Assembly (NCBI GenBank): GCA_013239625.1
Contig: MU053629.1
Location: 530,676 to 594,675 of the forward strand
Source: Lama guanicoe
Lineage: Eukaryota
Length of the DNA stretch: 64,000 nucleotides
Reading direction: 5' to 3'
Shown here: positions 49,357-60,214 of the stretch, piece by piece
How the letters are laid out: each line of letters opens with the position of its first letter
Position numbering within the stretch: the first letter of the stretch is position 1
Notes under the pieces: model-generated
Databases searched by the model: none
The model's input: only the letters and a program-made list of their open reading frames with translations
Told to the model about the DNA's origin: nothing
Translations under genes and position numbers: made by a program

Positions 49357-50351
49357 TAGTCATACTTCATTTTTTTATGCTCTGCAGATACTGTGTTTTT
49401 TATAATCTGAAGGTTTGTGGCAACTCTGAGTCCAGTAGTTCTGTCAGTGTCACCGTTTTTCCAGCAGCATCTGCTCACTTCGTGTCTCTGTGTCCTGTTT
49501 TGGTGGTTCTTACAATATTTCATATTTTTTCGTTATTATATTTATGGTGACCTGTGCTCAATGATCTATGATGTTACTTTTATAATTGTTTTGGGGAGCC
49601 AATGAACCATGCCCATGTATAAAATGGGGAACTTAGTTGATAAACATGTGTGTTCTGAGTTCTCTACTGACTGGCCGTTTCCCAGTCTTGCTGACTCTGC
49701 TCGGGCTTTCTTATTCCCTGAAGCACAACAATATTGAAATTAGGCCAGTTAATAACCCTCTAAATGGTCAAGTGAATGGAAGAGTCGCACGTCTCTCACT
49801 TTAAATCAAAGGCTAGAAGTGATTAAGCTCAGTGAGGGAGGCAGGTCAAAAGCCCAGACAAGTCGAAAGCTAGGCCTTAGGTACCAGTTAGCCAAGTCGT
49901 CAGTGCAAAGGAAAATTCTCGAAGGAAGTTCCAAGTGCTAATAGAGAAGTCCTTTATGAAGGGAAGAGTCGATCAATGCAGCAAACTTCATTGCTGTCAT
50001 ATTTTAAGCCACCCCAAGCCAGGCCACCCCAACCTTTAACAACTGCTATCCTGATCAGTCAGCAGCCATCAACATGATCCTTCACCAGCAAGAAGTTTAC
50101 AACTTGCTGAGGTCTCACAGGATGACTAGCTCTTTTTTTTTTTAAGCAATAAAGTGTTTTTTAAATAAAATATATACATTTATATTTTTAGATAGAATGA
50201 TACTGCTCATTTAATAGACCACAACATAGTGTAAACATAACTTTTATATGTACTGGGAAACCAAAAAACTTGTGTGATTTGCTTAGTTTTGATATTTGCT
50301 TTATTGTGGTAATCTGGAACCAAACACCCAGCATCTCTGTATATATGACTT
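49357..50351 (+). mobile_element. Tigger1-derived internally deleted DNA transposon (~1 kb)
   Basis: Both Tigger1 ends: gcagatactgtgttttttataatctgaaggtttgtggcaac...gctcacttcgtgtctctgtgtc and gctttattgtggtaatctggaaccaaacacccagcatctc; transposase start remnant ttaaatcaaaggctagaagtgattaagctcagtgag. Confidence 0.88.
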
Positions 50352-52092
50352 TACAAGGCTTCAATATTGTAGATGGAAAATGTTCGGATATTTTGAACAG
50401 ACTCTGCCACGTCAGCCATGTGACCACTGCCTAGGCTGTAGTGAGTTAATTCAGGTTAGGGCAGATTCCCAGTGAATATTGCTGTTGTTTGTTGAGAAGT
50501 TTATCTTGACATGTCTCAAATAGGAACTATTTTCGTGTTTTCACAGGCAGAATTCAGGCAGAACATAAGCAGAGGTCAGAATGACTTTACAGTTGGACGG
50601 CCTAAATGGTCGCTTCACGAGAGTGTGTACACCCTGCTGGATACCAGAGCATCTGTGTAAACCTGTCCTCTGTATCCAAGTCACCACAGTGGCTTGATGT
50701 TAGGAAGCCAGCAGTCAGCGGTCAGCATGCTGAGAGGTGATGCTCTGAAGGCACCCACCCCTGGGCTGGACCTGGCCTGCCTATTGTCCTGTCTGCCTGT
50801 GGCCACCTCATTGCCTCTTAGCCCTTGCATTCTCAAGTGGGAAAGAGGGGTAGAGGAAACTGTGGTCCTGGTTTAGTACCTGTAGATTCTCTGATAAAAG
50901 ACAAGAAAGAAATGTGAGCTTGAAATTCCTATGGATTTATGTTATCCATGCAGCTCTAGGATTCTAACAGCTACTAACTGTGAAGTGCCTTAATTTGGTG
51001 GCCAGGATGACAGTGAGCTGGGTAAGTCAGTGTTGGTTCCTCAGGGGCAGGGAAGGTGCCTCCCTCTTGTGCCCAAGGCATGCACTGATAGAGGCTGGCC
51101 TGGGTTCGGGGGTAAGTGTCTAGCGAAAGAATAGAGCAGGTGGTTGAAATAACCCAGAAGCCACCAACTCAGGAAATGCATTAAATTGTGGGATTTAAAA
51201 TTTAAAAAGAAAGCATTTATGAAATAATTCAAACCTAGCCTAAGCACCTTTTTACAGCCATTGAACTGGATGAGAAGCAGAATATCCCAGGGGTTTGTCT
51301 GAATGAAAGAACAGTTAAATTGGCATTTTCTTCGCTTTGAGTCCCCTGAAGAGTGTGTAGCTGCCTGGCACACCAGGTGTTTAAAATCGGCTGCTCTGGC
51401 CTCATTAGTGATGGCTGTGCATTGGCCTGGCATTGACGTCCCCTCAGGATTCAGTTCTTCTATGAATTATGCCGGGCAGATACTTGGCAGCTCTTTTATT
51501 GCGGGGAAATGGAAGCAGAGTTGCCAAAGTGCTGTGCTGAAATTGACAGCCTCCTGGTGATGGGGCTGGACCGACATGCCAGGTCTTCTGGTAAAAGATG
51601 TGGTGGAGTTTTGCCATGAAAAGCACCCCAGAGCACAGGTGCTTCTTTCCTGTCCCTAGGACCTGAGGGTGCTGATGGGGGCAGCTTCAGGAGACGGCCG
51701 TGGGCACCCAAGGCACTTTGCTGCTCACCTGGATGGCACTCACCTAGGATGTTCCGTCCCCCCTGAGGAAGCCTCAGGTAGGGAGTAGCCTTGACAAATG
51801 AGCCTTGGCGAACTCCCACGGTTCCCTCCTCCCAAGGGGCTCTACCTGCCCCCCTGTGGTACTGTTGATTCTGATACCATGTGCTACTGTCCTCTTCTAA
51901 AGTTTTCAAAAGCTATTTTTCAATTTATATTTTTATCCAAAACTTTCTTTTTAATTGCCGTTTTATTCTCTTTCAATTTTTAAAGCTCATTCAGAGTCTA
52001 ACTTTTTCCTATGAGACATTTGTGAGTATCAGGATCTGTCCCTTTGTGTTTTCCAGACGTTTTAGGTGAGAGTCATCACTTCATCTGGGAAA

Positions 52093-52228
52093 ATGGTGGC
52101 CCTGTCCTTAAAGATTTGTGTCCGCCACTGCAATGTGGTGAAGACCATGCAGTTTGAACCGTCTACAGCCGTGTACGATGCGTGTCGAGTCATTCGGGAA
52201 CGGGTACCCGAGGCACAAACTGGCCAAG
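52093..52228 (+). CDS. TLN2: Talin-2, first coding exon (aa 1-45, F0 subdomain); exon begins at 52057 with 36 nt of 5'-UTR
   Basis: Translates MVALSLKICVRHCNVVKTMQFEPSTAVYDACRVIRERVPEAQTGQ, the talin-2 N-terminus (talin-1 reads MVALSLKISIG...). Acceptor tttgtgttttccAG ends 52056; ATG 52093 in context aaaATGG; donor AAG|GTAGGC after 52228 (phase 1). Confidence 0.98.
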
Positions 52229-53508
52229 GTAGGCCATGGGTCATTTGCTGACTCCTTGAAATGTGTCTGTGTGCTTTTCCCTTACTAGCTAAGGGAACAG
52301 AGGTTCTGAGTGGTACACAAGCCCACTAGTGTGTATGGTTCAAGTGAAATGTCTTCTTATCCTGGACATTATGTGCTTCCTGTGTGAGGCTTGTGATGAC
52401 AGTGACCACAACTACCACTGAGCCATCATCATCGTCATGACCCCTCCATATGTCAGCATTATGCTCTGCCGTTTACAAGTCACTTTTTGATACAAAGCCC
52501 AATACGATACAGATGAAGCTACTCTAACAATTGCTGCCTTTGTATATCCTGAGCCCTGTTTCACATGCTTGAAAACTTTCCACTGCCAGCAGCCTGAAGA
52601 GGATGGAACCTGCCACAGGAGCCAGGGCAAGCCTTATATTTCAAGTACTTTGCTGAGGCTTCTAATCTTTATCTTAAATCTTTTAAAAAAAATAGTGATA
52701 AATGTTTGGTTAATGTTTGGTTAAACCACTGACCACTATCATCTGAGTTTAACTTAAACAAAAGTCATTGATACAGTTTTATTTTCTGTTTCCCTTTGTC
52801 TTTTCTCCACATATCCCTTCTTTATTTAGTATTTGACTGACGCTTGAGAACTTGGGATTACTCCTAAACTAATAAACCTGTAGTGTGACAATGGAGTAAA
52901 ACTTCCCTTAAAAATGGGAAGCATAAAAATCAAACATTCAGCAATAGTTATTACTTGGTATGGGTCTTCTTGAAAAGATCTGTTACTCACAAAACTGCTA
53001 ATCTTTTGCTCCAAAAAGCAGTATCTATGTTATTCAAAACCCTGTTATTTCTAGATTACCCCAAATAAAAATAGTTCGCCCACATCCCCAACCTTACTCC
53101 AAGATCTGGTGATCTAATCATATCTGGTGTTTTGATTGGTTTTGTCCCAGATTTTTAGAAGTTTGGATTGGATCGCTGTATAGTTCTGGTGAAGGTACAA
53201 ACCTTTATGGACGTTGAAGTTGTTGTTCTAAGAAACAGAGCTCTGGTCCTCATCTGGGTTTCTGAGGTTTCCCTGAATCCCGTTTAGGAAGAGTGAGGTC
53301 TTGGGACTGCTTTCCTCCTGCCTCCGCCCTCTTATACTTCCTGGGTCAGATTAAGGGATTTTTATGAAGAGCACAGAGTTTTTAACTCTCCCTCTTTACT
53401 CAAAATTTGGTGGCTTGGAGAGCAGAGGCTTCATCTCAAAGGGAACGCGTCCTTTTAGTTTGTAATGCCGTGTTGGGAGGATGGAGGATTATTCCAAGTA
53501 TCAGGTCT

Positions 53509-53565
53509 TAACTGACTGTACTTCAATTAAAAGAAAAACCCAAGAAATGCAAAAAAAAAAAAAAA
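53509..53565 (+). mobile_element. Extremely 5'-truncated L1 tail
   Basis: taactgactgtacttcaattaaaa (L1 terminal motif) followed by an A-rich tail. Confidence 0.6.
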
Positions 53566-53969
53566 GTCTCAATCAGCCCCTCTTGGCCTAAGTGGCCTTG
53601 GGCTTAAACAGTTACTTCCACAGCTACCTTGTCATTCTTCATGGCTTCTTGACCTGGGTTTTGTAGCAAGTGATAGGAGACAAAGCCCAGTTTGGACTGC
53701 TTTGACCTTGGTGTTTCCCTACATTGTGGACACAACTCCTGCCCCATGGTTTAAGAAATATGAAGTTTGTATGTGGATGTTGCTTCTGCAGCTTGGCACT
53801 TCCTCCTCCTCCTCTGCTGTAGTCCCAGTGGCCGCCCGTGGTGTCAAAACAAAATGTGTCTCTGGTGAAGGAGAGCCCCCTTGCCAGGTCAGCAGATTCG
53901 GGGCCCCAGAAGTCAGTGACGGCTTCATCCTCACTTTGTCTTTTATTTTTCCTTCTATTGATCTTCCAG

Positions 53970-54067
53970 CTTCTGACTATGGGCTGTTTCTCTCGGATGA
54001 AGACCCTAGGAAAGGAATTTGGCTGGAAGCGGGCAGAACACTGGATTACTACATGTTGCGAAATGGG
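53970..54067 (+). CDS. TLN2: Talin-2 coding exon 2 (aa 46-78)
   Basis: Long pyrimidine tract plus ccAG|; G+CT completes Ala; ASDYGLFLSDEDPRKGIWLEAGRTLDYYMLRNG; donor GGG|GTATGC; 98 nt. Confidence 0.98.
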
Positions 54068-54633
54068 GTATGCTGTTGATCTTTTTTTTTTTTTTCATCC
54101 CCTTGTCCCTAGGCCTTCCATAGAGGCCAGTATGATTATACTTCAAAGAAAAGGAGAAACTCAACAATCTATTTTAGTTCAGAGGCATCTTATTAATAGC
54201 TTTGATGTAATGTACTTTGTAAGAGCAGTCCAGGTTAGTGATAGAAAATATCAATGGTCCAAATTCCTGAAACTCCACACAGTAATTAAAGCAGCATGAG
54301 GTTATGATTTTAAGCTATTTCTACATGCTGTTGTTGAACTTGGTCATTATGAAATACAGCATCTTCCTCTAAGTATGTTGAAAGTGCCCTGGTGACTGGT
54401 GATAAAAAGTAAGGATACACTAGAGAGGGGCCAAAAATAGAATCCTAAAGGTAGTCAGAGGTTAAATATTAATCAGTGTTTTGCTTTTATACAAGAAAGT
54501 TCATATTTGATGTAAGTTTAATAACGTCAGTAACAATAAAACAAAAAAATGATTGTGTTAAGGAAGTAGGAAAAAGTAATGAGTAAAAAAGAGTTCACGG
54601 GTAACTAGATTCAATAACTTATAATAGTTATTG

Positions 54634-54750
54634 AATAACCCCTAATGGAAAATCATCTGAAAAATATGTATATAACTGAATCACTTCTCTGTACACCTGA
54701 AATGTTTACACAATATTGTCAATCAATTATACTTCAATTTTAGAAAAAAG
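54634..54750 (+). mobile_element. Short L1 3' end
   Basis: taatggaaaatcatctgaaaaa...ataactgaatcacttctctgtacacctgaaa...caattatacttcaatt. Confidence 0.75.
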
Positions 54751-54902
54751 TTTTAAATACTCTGTTCAGCTTAACCTCTGAGATGTACTGTGGTTTTGGT
54801 ATATGAAATAGACATATCAGATTGGTCATATTCCATAAGTGAGAGTGAAGTATGTGGTGCCAATTAATTTTTCCTTCCATAATTCTGTTTTTAAGAAGTA
54901 GT

Positions 54903-55020
54903 GCGGAGGGGATAGCTCGGTGGTAGAGTGTGTGCTTAGCGTGCATGAGGTCCTGGGTTCAATCCCCAGTGCCTCTGTTAAAATAAATAAATAAATTTAA
55001 TTACCTCCACCTCCAAAAGA
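54903..55020 (+). mobile_element. Vic-1-type camelid tRNA-derived SINE
   Basis: tRNA-like head with A box (tagctcggtgg) and B box (ggttcaatccc), then aaaataaataaataaa and taattacctcc tail typical of camelid Vic-1; imperfect TSD AAGAAGTAGT (54893-54902) / AAGAAGTATAGT (55021-55032) at a TTTT|AA site. Confidence 0.88.
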
Positions 55021-55574
55021 AAGAAGTATAGTAAAAGGGGGAGTCTCTATTTGGTAATAACTCTCAAGCTTATTACCCCTGTTTGGTCTTGGCATTATGG
55101 TGGAAACCACTTCTGCTGTGATATACCACTACTGTGAAGAATTACAGGGGTGTTACTTGTGTCTTTCATGGCATATACATACTAAAAATTGCTTATAACT
55201 GTGTAAGGAATCATTGGAGAAGCACACTACAATCTCTTTAAAAGACAAGTAGGACTTTTCCTCAGCTAGTTCTCGTTAGAGCAGATCATTCACAGCCTTT
55301 TAGGATATAGGCTGCTTTCGCTTTACAGAGGTTACTTTTCAGTAACTGAGCTGTAAGTCTGGCTTTTTTGGGTGCAGTTTCACTATCAGATTTTAAAGAC
55401 ATCTTTAGGAAAGCAGTTTAGCACTGGAGATTCTGCATCAGTGGCAAAAAACCTCGTGAAACCTTAGGAGTAAATCAGAAGGTGCTAGGGAAAATTCATT
55501 TTTTAAAGAAAAGTATCCAAGTTTGTTGTGTAGTTTCACACGCAGTGTGAAATGTCTGTATGATTTTGCTCTAG

Positions 55575-55704
55575 GATATTTTGGAATATAAAAAGAAACA
55601 GAGACCTCAGAAAATCCGCATGCTGGATGGATCTGTGAAAACAGTGATGGTGGACGACTCCAAGACCGTGGGGGAACTCCTGGTTACTATCTGCAGCAGG
55701 ATAG
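55575..55704 (+). CDS. TLN2: Talin-2 coding exon 3 (aa 79-121); not in the ORF track
   Basis: ttttgctctAG|GAT ATT TTG...: DILEYKKKQRPQKIRMLDGSVKTVMVDDSKTVGELLVTICSRI; donor TAG|GTGAGC; 130 nt, frame consistent with neighbours. Confidence 0.98.
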
Positions 55705-56494
55705 GTGAGCATTCACGTGCCTAGGTTCTGGCTTTTGTTTTGTTTTTTAATAACATGCCTTTTTTTTTTTCCACCCCCTGTCAGCGTCTAGACAATTTTG
55801 AATATATCCTTACACATTGAATTTTGTCCAATCCCAAGAGAGTATGTTCATTCTCCTGATATGCAGATTCACCACCTGGTATTGTAAACACTTGAACTTC
55901 TCACTGAGTCACAGGTGAGAGCTTTTATTTCCCTTTAAAAGTCAAAAGGAATTTTGAAATTGACAGTAATGTTTTTGAAGTCATATAAGTCAGTCTCCCA
56001 CCCATGGCTCTGATTCTGACGTCCAGGATCTCCTTGAATACCCATGGAGACAGTGTAGACAATTATTAGACACCTTTTTTGTCCTAACTTCTGTTGGTCT
56101 CCTCAGGGAACAAGTCCGTCTTCTTTCTACATGAAGCCCTTTGAATATCTGAAGAAAGCAGCTCTGCCTGTCATGCAAAGGAAGCCCAGTTCCCTCAGAT
56201 ACTTCTTGCTTGACATTGTCTTGTCTTCCTTTGTATAACCTCTACTTTGTTCCTAATTCTCAAAAATTAGTCAAAAAACTTGAACATGACATTGTGAATG
56301 TGACTTAATCTGCTGAAGATGAGCCTTTCTGGCCAGTTATTTGATGTGTGCTCCATGAGTGACCCTGACCCTGACCTTGGCAAAGCCTTTTCATCTCCAT
56401 TGCCCCCAGGGACTCCTTGGAGTATTGGAGGCCCCAGGATGGAGGGGTTGATAACACTGTAATCACTGATCATTATACCAATTGATATTTTTAG

Positions 56495-56647
56495 GAATAA
56501 CAAACTACGAAGAATACTCTTTAATCCAAGAAACCATCGAAGAAAAGAAAGAAGAGGGGACGGGTACGCTAAAAAAAGACAGGACGCTGTTACGAGACGA
56601 GAGGAAGATGGAGAAGTTGAAGGCCAAGCTTCACACGGATGATGACC
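56495..56647 (+). CDS. TLN2: Talin-2 coding exon 4 (aa 122-172, includes the F1 loop)
   Basis: tttttAG|GA ATA ACA...: GITNYEEYSLIQETIEEKKEEGTGTLKKDRTLLRDERKMEKLKAKLHTDDD; donor ACC|GTGAGT; 153 nt, phase 1-1. Confidence 0.98.
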
Positions 56648-56749
56648 GTGAGTGTCGGAGGAGGGCGGGCGCTGCAGGCGCGTGGTTCTGCCAAGCATCA
56701 CTCCCCTCCCAGCATCTCTGTGACCCAGGGCAGGGATTTTGTTTGTTTT

Positions 56750-57310
56750 ATTTCATCTAGAAACATTTTGGCCTGTGTCACTAAAAGATAAAGACTCTTA
56801 AGGGGAAAAAAGTGACAGTAATACCATGTCCTATCTATAAAGTAATCTCTTAATACCAAGTACACACAGCATGTTCATGTTTTCTCCATTGCCTTCTAAA
56901 ATTTTTTGGTAGCAGTTTGTTTGAACTGAGGTCCAAATAAAGTTGAATAATAAAGATTGCTTAACTTTTTTGGTCTCAAAGCTTTCCCTCCATTTCTTAT
57001 ATTTTTTCCTTGCAAGTTTTGCAGGGGAGAAACCAGATTGTTATTAGTGTAGAATTTCCTACACCCTGGATTTTGTTGATTGCATATTTGCAATGTTGTC
57101 TGACATGTTCATCTGTCCTGTTTTATTCCTGAGATCTGGGGGCTTGATCAGATTTGTGTGTATGTGTGTTTAGAGACTCCTGTGTACTTCCATTAGAAAG
57201 TTGAATTTGGTTGTCTCCTTTTTTTGTGATATTAAGAGCCGTTGATAACAAATGGTCTAGGTTCATTATTTCCTTAGGGGTTGCAAAATGGTAATATAAT
57301 TGTACCATAG
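56750..57310 (-). mobile_element. Old L1 (L1MC4/5-type) fragment
   Basis: tagaatttcctacaccctggattttgttgattgcat; ggtctaggttcattatttccttaggggttgcaaaatggtaatat. Confidence 0.7.
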
Positions 57311-58385
57311 GGAAGTCCATTTCTACAGCCACAGAGTTAATATATAGAAAAGCCAGTATGTCCACCCCATGTGTCCCCATAACCTGTGCTGCGTGCACCT
57401 GGCTGCCTGACCACTCCCCCTCCCCTCCCCAGAGGATCTTACTTCATGCACATTTCACTCAGACCTTCCGAGCCTCTTAATTTCTTTCATTGTTCTTGCT
57501 CTTGCTGCTGCATTGGGAAGATGTCATCATTATCATAATGTTTATTGATCTTCATTGGGGATTTCATTTCCTCCGACTCTCTGTCTCTCTCTCTGTCTTT
57601 TTTTTTTTTTTTTTTTTTGCCTGATTTTATTTCCAGTTGCTTCTTTCCAGGTGAGACCTTAGTAGACAAATCCTCAGGATTTTTAGATCATGCATGACAC
57701 TCTCCGAGGTATTGTGGGAGATGAGATCAATCCAACACATCCCCTGTGCTAAAGTTACTTACAATCCGCGGAGGCTTGCAAGGAATACTTCCTCACAGTG
57801 TGTGTGCGAAGCCCAGGGAAGAGTGTAGGAATGAGAGCTGTGGAGTGTGTAGAGGAATGAAGTATTCCTGTGCTCCTGAGCACCAGGCAAGTGTTTTCTG
57901 AGTGAGAGTCAAGCTGGGCCATGGGCGGGATTCTGCCGCCCCCACTCCTTAGTCCTGCCCTCCCCTCACCCTAATTATTTTCATTTTCCTCCTCTTTTCC
58001 TCATTAAGGTTAGAGGTAGTAACTCATTATGCTCAGAGTTTGTTAATTATTTCACCTGATCAGACTGAAGATCACTCTTGACTTAAAGGATCATGCTACG
58101 TGGTTGTCTTGGTGATTTCCTTATTCCCCGCCCGCCAGAAGGAAGGGGCATATTATAAATTCATTGCGGGGCTTTACTAACTTAGGAATGGCTGCAAACT
58201 TCTTTCTCATTTTCCTTTTGCTGTGTCACAGGGTACACGTGCTCACATCTAATGTAAGAAGTAACTGTAACTAAGTATCAGCATTCTAGAAGCCTGCATC
58301 TGTAGAGCGCCCCTGTTTTGGTTAACCCCCTTGAACTAAGAGGAAAATTAGACACAATTCTTTCATATGTCGCCTTGTGTTGCAG

Positions 58386-58528
58386 TAAATTGGCTGGATC
58401 ACAGCCGAACGTTCAGAGAACAAGGAGTGGATGAAAATGAGACGTTGCTGCTGAGACGGAAGTTCTTTTACTCTGATCAGAACGTGGACTCGAGAGACCC
58501 CGTGCAGCTGAACTTGCTCTATGTCCAG
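58386..58528 (+). CDS. TLN2: Talin-2 coding exon 5 (aa 173-220)
   Basis: gtgttgcAG|TA AAT TGG...: LNWLDHSRTFREQGVDENETLLLRRKFFYSDQNVDSRDPVQLNLLYVQ; donor CAG|GTACCG; 143 nt. Confidence 0.98.
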
Positions 58529-59090
58529 GTACCGTATTCTGTGCTCTGACGCTGAGGGCGGTGAGGTTCCCAGAAGCTCCAGCTGTGGCTTGTGGCCGGC
58601 AGGAGCTCGGCCCGGCCTCCGCCCGTGTCTGGGGCATGCAGTTTCCGCGTTTGGTGGTGGTGCAGGTTGACGTCCACCGGGAGCTGCTGGCCGTCCAGGG
58701 AATGGCCTTTGGTTGGCCTCCCAGCTGGGGTCCTGGTGGCCGGAACCGTCTCGCTCAGGCTGGCTTTGCAGCCCTACAGCTTTCTTAGCTCTCATGTTAG
58801 AGTACAAGGGAATATTGGTCAGAAAATAGTACTTCTCATTAACTAAAAGATATTCTCCCAATAGCCTTTTATGTCTTTACCATTAACTAATTGTTTAAAC
58901 TCAGACAAGTCATTTAACTCATCTGAGTTGCAATGACCTAATATGTAAGAGGTGGGCTTTGCCCTGGTCAGTCCCCAGGGTTTCTTTTGGCTGAAGGAGA
59001 ACATCCATCTTTCTCCTTTTCTTGCTTTTTTCATTCTTCCCCATCCTCTTTGCCTTTCATGTATCTACCTATCTGCTCATAGAAATCATG

Positions 59091-59341
59091 CAGAAGTCAG
59101 CAAAGTGCACCCACGGTGTCACCTGTGTTTGTAAATAAAGTTTTATTGGAACACAGCTCATTGGTTTACATGTTACATGTTCGTAAATCCCCTTATGTAT
59201 CACATAATTGTCTACTTACTGTCTGTGGCAGCTCTCATGTTCCAGTGGCAGAGTTCAGTAGTTGTGACTGAGTCTGCAGGGCCCGCAAGGTCTAATTTGC
59301 TCACTCTCTGGCCCTTTACAGGAAAAGTTTGCTGACCCCTG
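59091..59341 (-). mobile_element. MER58A-like hAT-Charlie element
   Basis: ttgtaaataaagttttattggaacacagc...ctggccctttacaggaaaagtttgctgacccctg; inverted termini. Confidence 0.82.
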
Positions 59342-60086
59342 AGTTAGTGGATGGAAGGAGGGACAGGGTGGGAGGAAAGAGGCTGGAAGGCCGGAGAGAG
59401 GGAGCTATCAGGGAAACAGGAAAATGCCTGTTGGTTGAAGGCTCGAGCCATAGGTTAGAGTGTCCATCAGAGAGTGCTCTGGGGCCATAACTAGAGAAAG
59501 GAAAGGGAAAGAAAAGGAATAAAAAGGGTCAGGACATGGGAGAATGACGTCAGATACAGTGGGTTCCGGATTCCAGGACTGCACGTTTGTTATCATTTTT
59601 CCTAAATGTCTGCGTTATTGAGTTCTTGTCTGTTCTTTCTCTATATCTTGGGTTGGGGATTGGGTTGATTTTACCTCTAGATAATTTGTCTGTTAGCTTT
59701 ATCACTTAGGAACATGAAAAATATATGGTTATTTCTGTTTCTCCCTCTGTGACTCTGGTCATTTTACAAGGCTTTCCCTTTGCCTCTGTAATTTTCATGA
59801 TCACGTCTACCTCCCTAGGTTATACTCCAGCTTTAGGTTTAATATACTGGACGTTGCTGGAATTGCCTTTTACCTGTAGGCAGTTTTGGGCAAGCACTTG
59901 TTTTCCCTTTGCCTTAATTCTGCTCTGCTGTCCTGAATGTACCACTCTGGGTTGGCTGGCATGTTTCCCCTCATTCCATGGAGAGGGTACAGGGTATGTA
60001 CACTCGGACGCAGGAACACGGCCATGGAGAGAAGGTGTCGTTCCCCCACAAGCCCCTGATGCTTTTTGCTTCCTCTTGTGTTGCAG

Positions 60087-60214
60087 GCTCGAGACGATAT
60101 CCTGAACGGCTCCCACCCTGTCTCCTTCGAGAAAGCTTGTGAGTTTGGTGGATTTCAAGCCCAGATACAATTTGGACCTCATGTGGAGCACAAACACAAG
60201 CCTGGATTCTTAGA
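60087..60214 (+). CDS. TLN2: Talin-2 coding exon 6 (aa 221-262, FERM F2); gene continues beyond the window
   Basis: cttgtgttgcAG|GCT CGA GAC...: ARDDILNGSHPVSFEKACEFGGFQAQIQFGPHVEHKHKPGFL; donor AGA|GTAAGT; 128 nt. The next expected exon (..LKEFLPKEY..) was not seen before 64000. Confidence 0.98.

Noticed and set aside
54903..54975. tRNA-like sequence with A and B boxes
   Set aside because: Followed by a SINE body, A-rich tail and TSD; it is a Vic-1-type SINE, not a tRNA gene.
58529..58760. CpG-rich patch after exon 5 as a CpG-island promoter
   Set aside because: Only ~230 bp with modest CpG density and no core promoter motifs that I can support.
58322..58861. 179-aa minus-strand ORF (also 56267-56701 and 59820-60197)
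   Set aside because: Antisense shadows of TLN2 exons and GC-rich flanks; no independent coding evidence.
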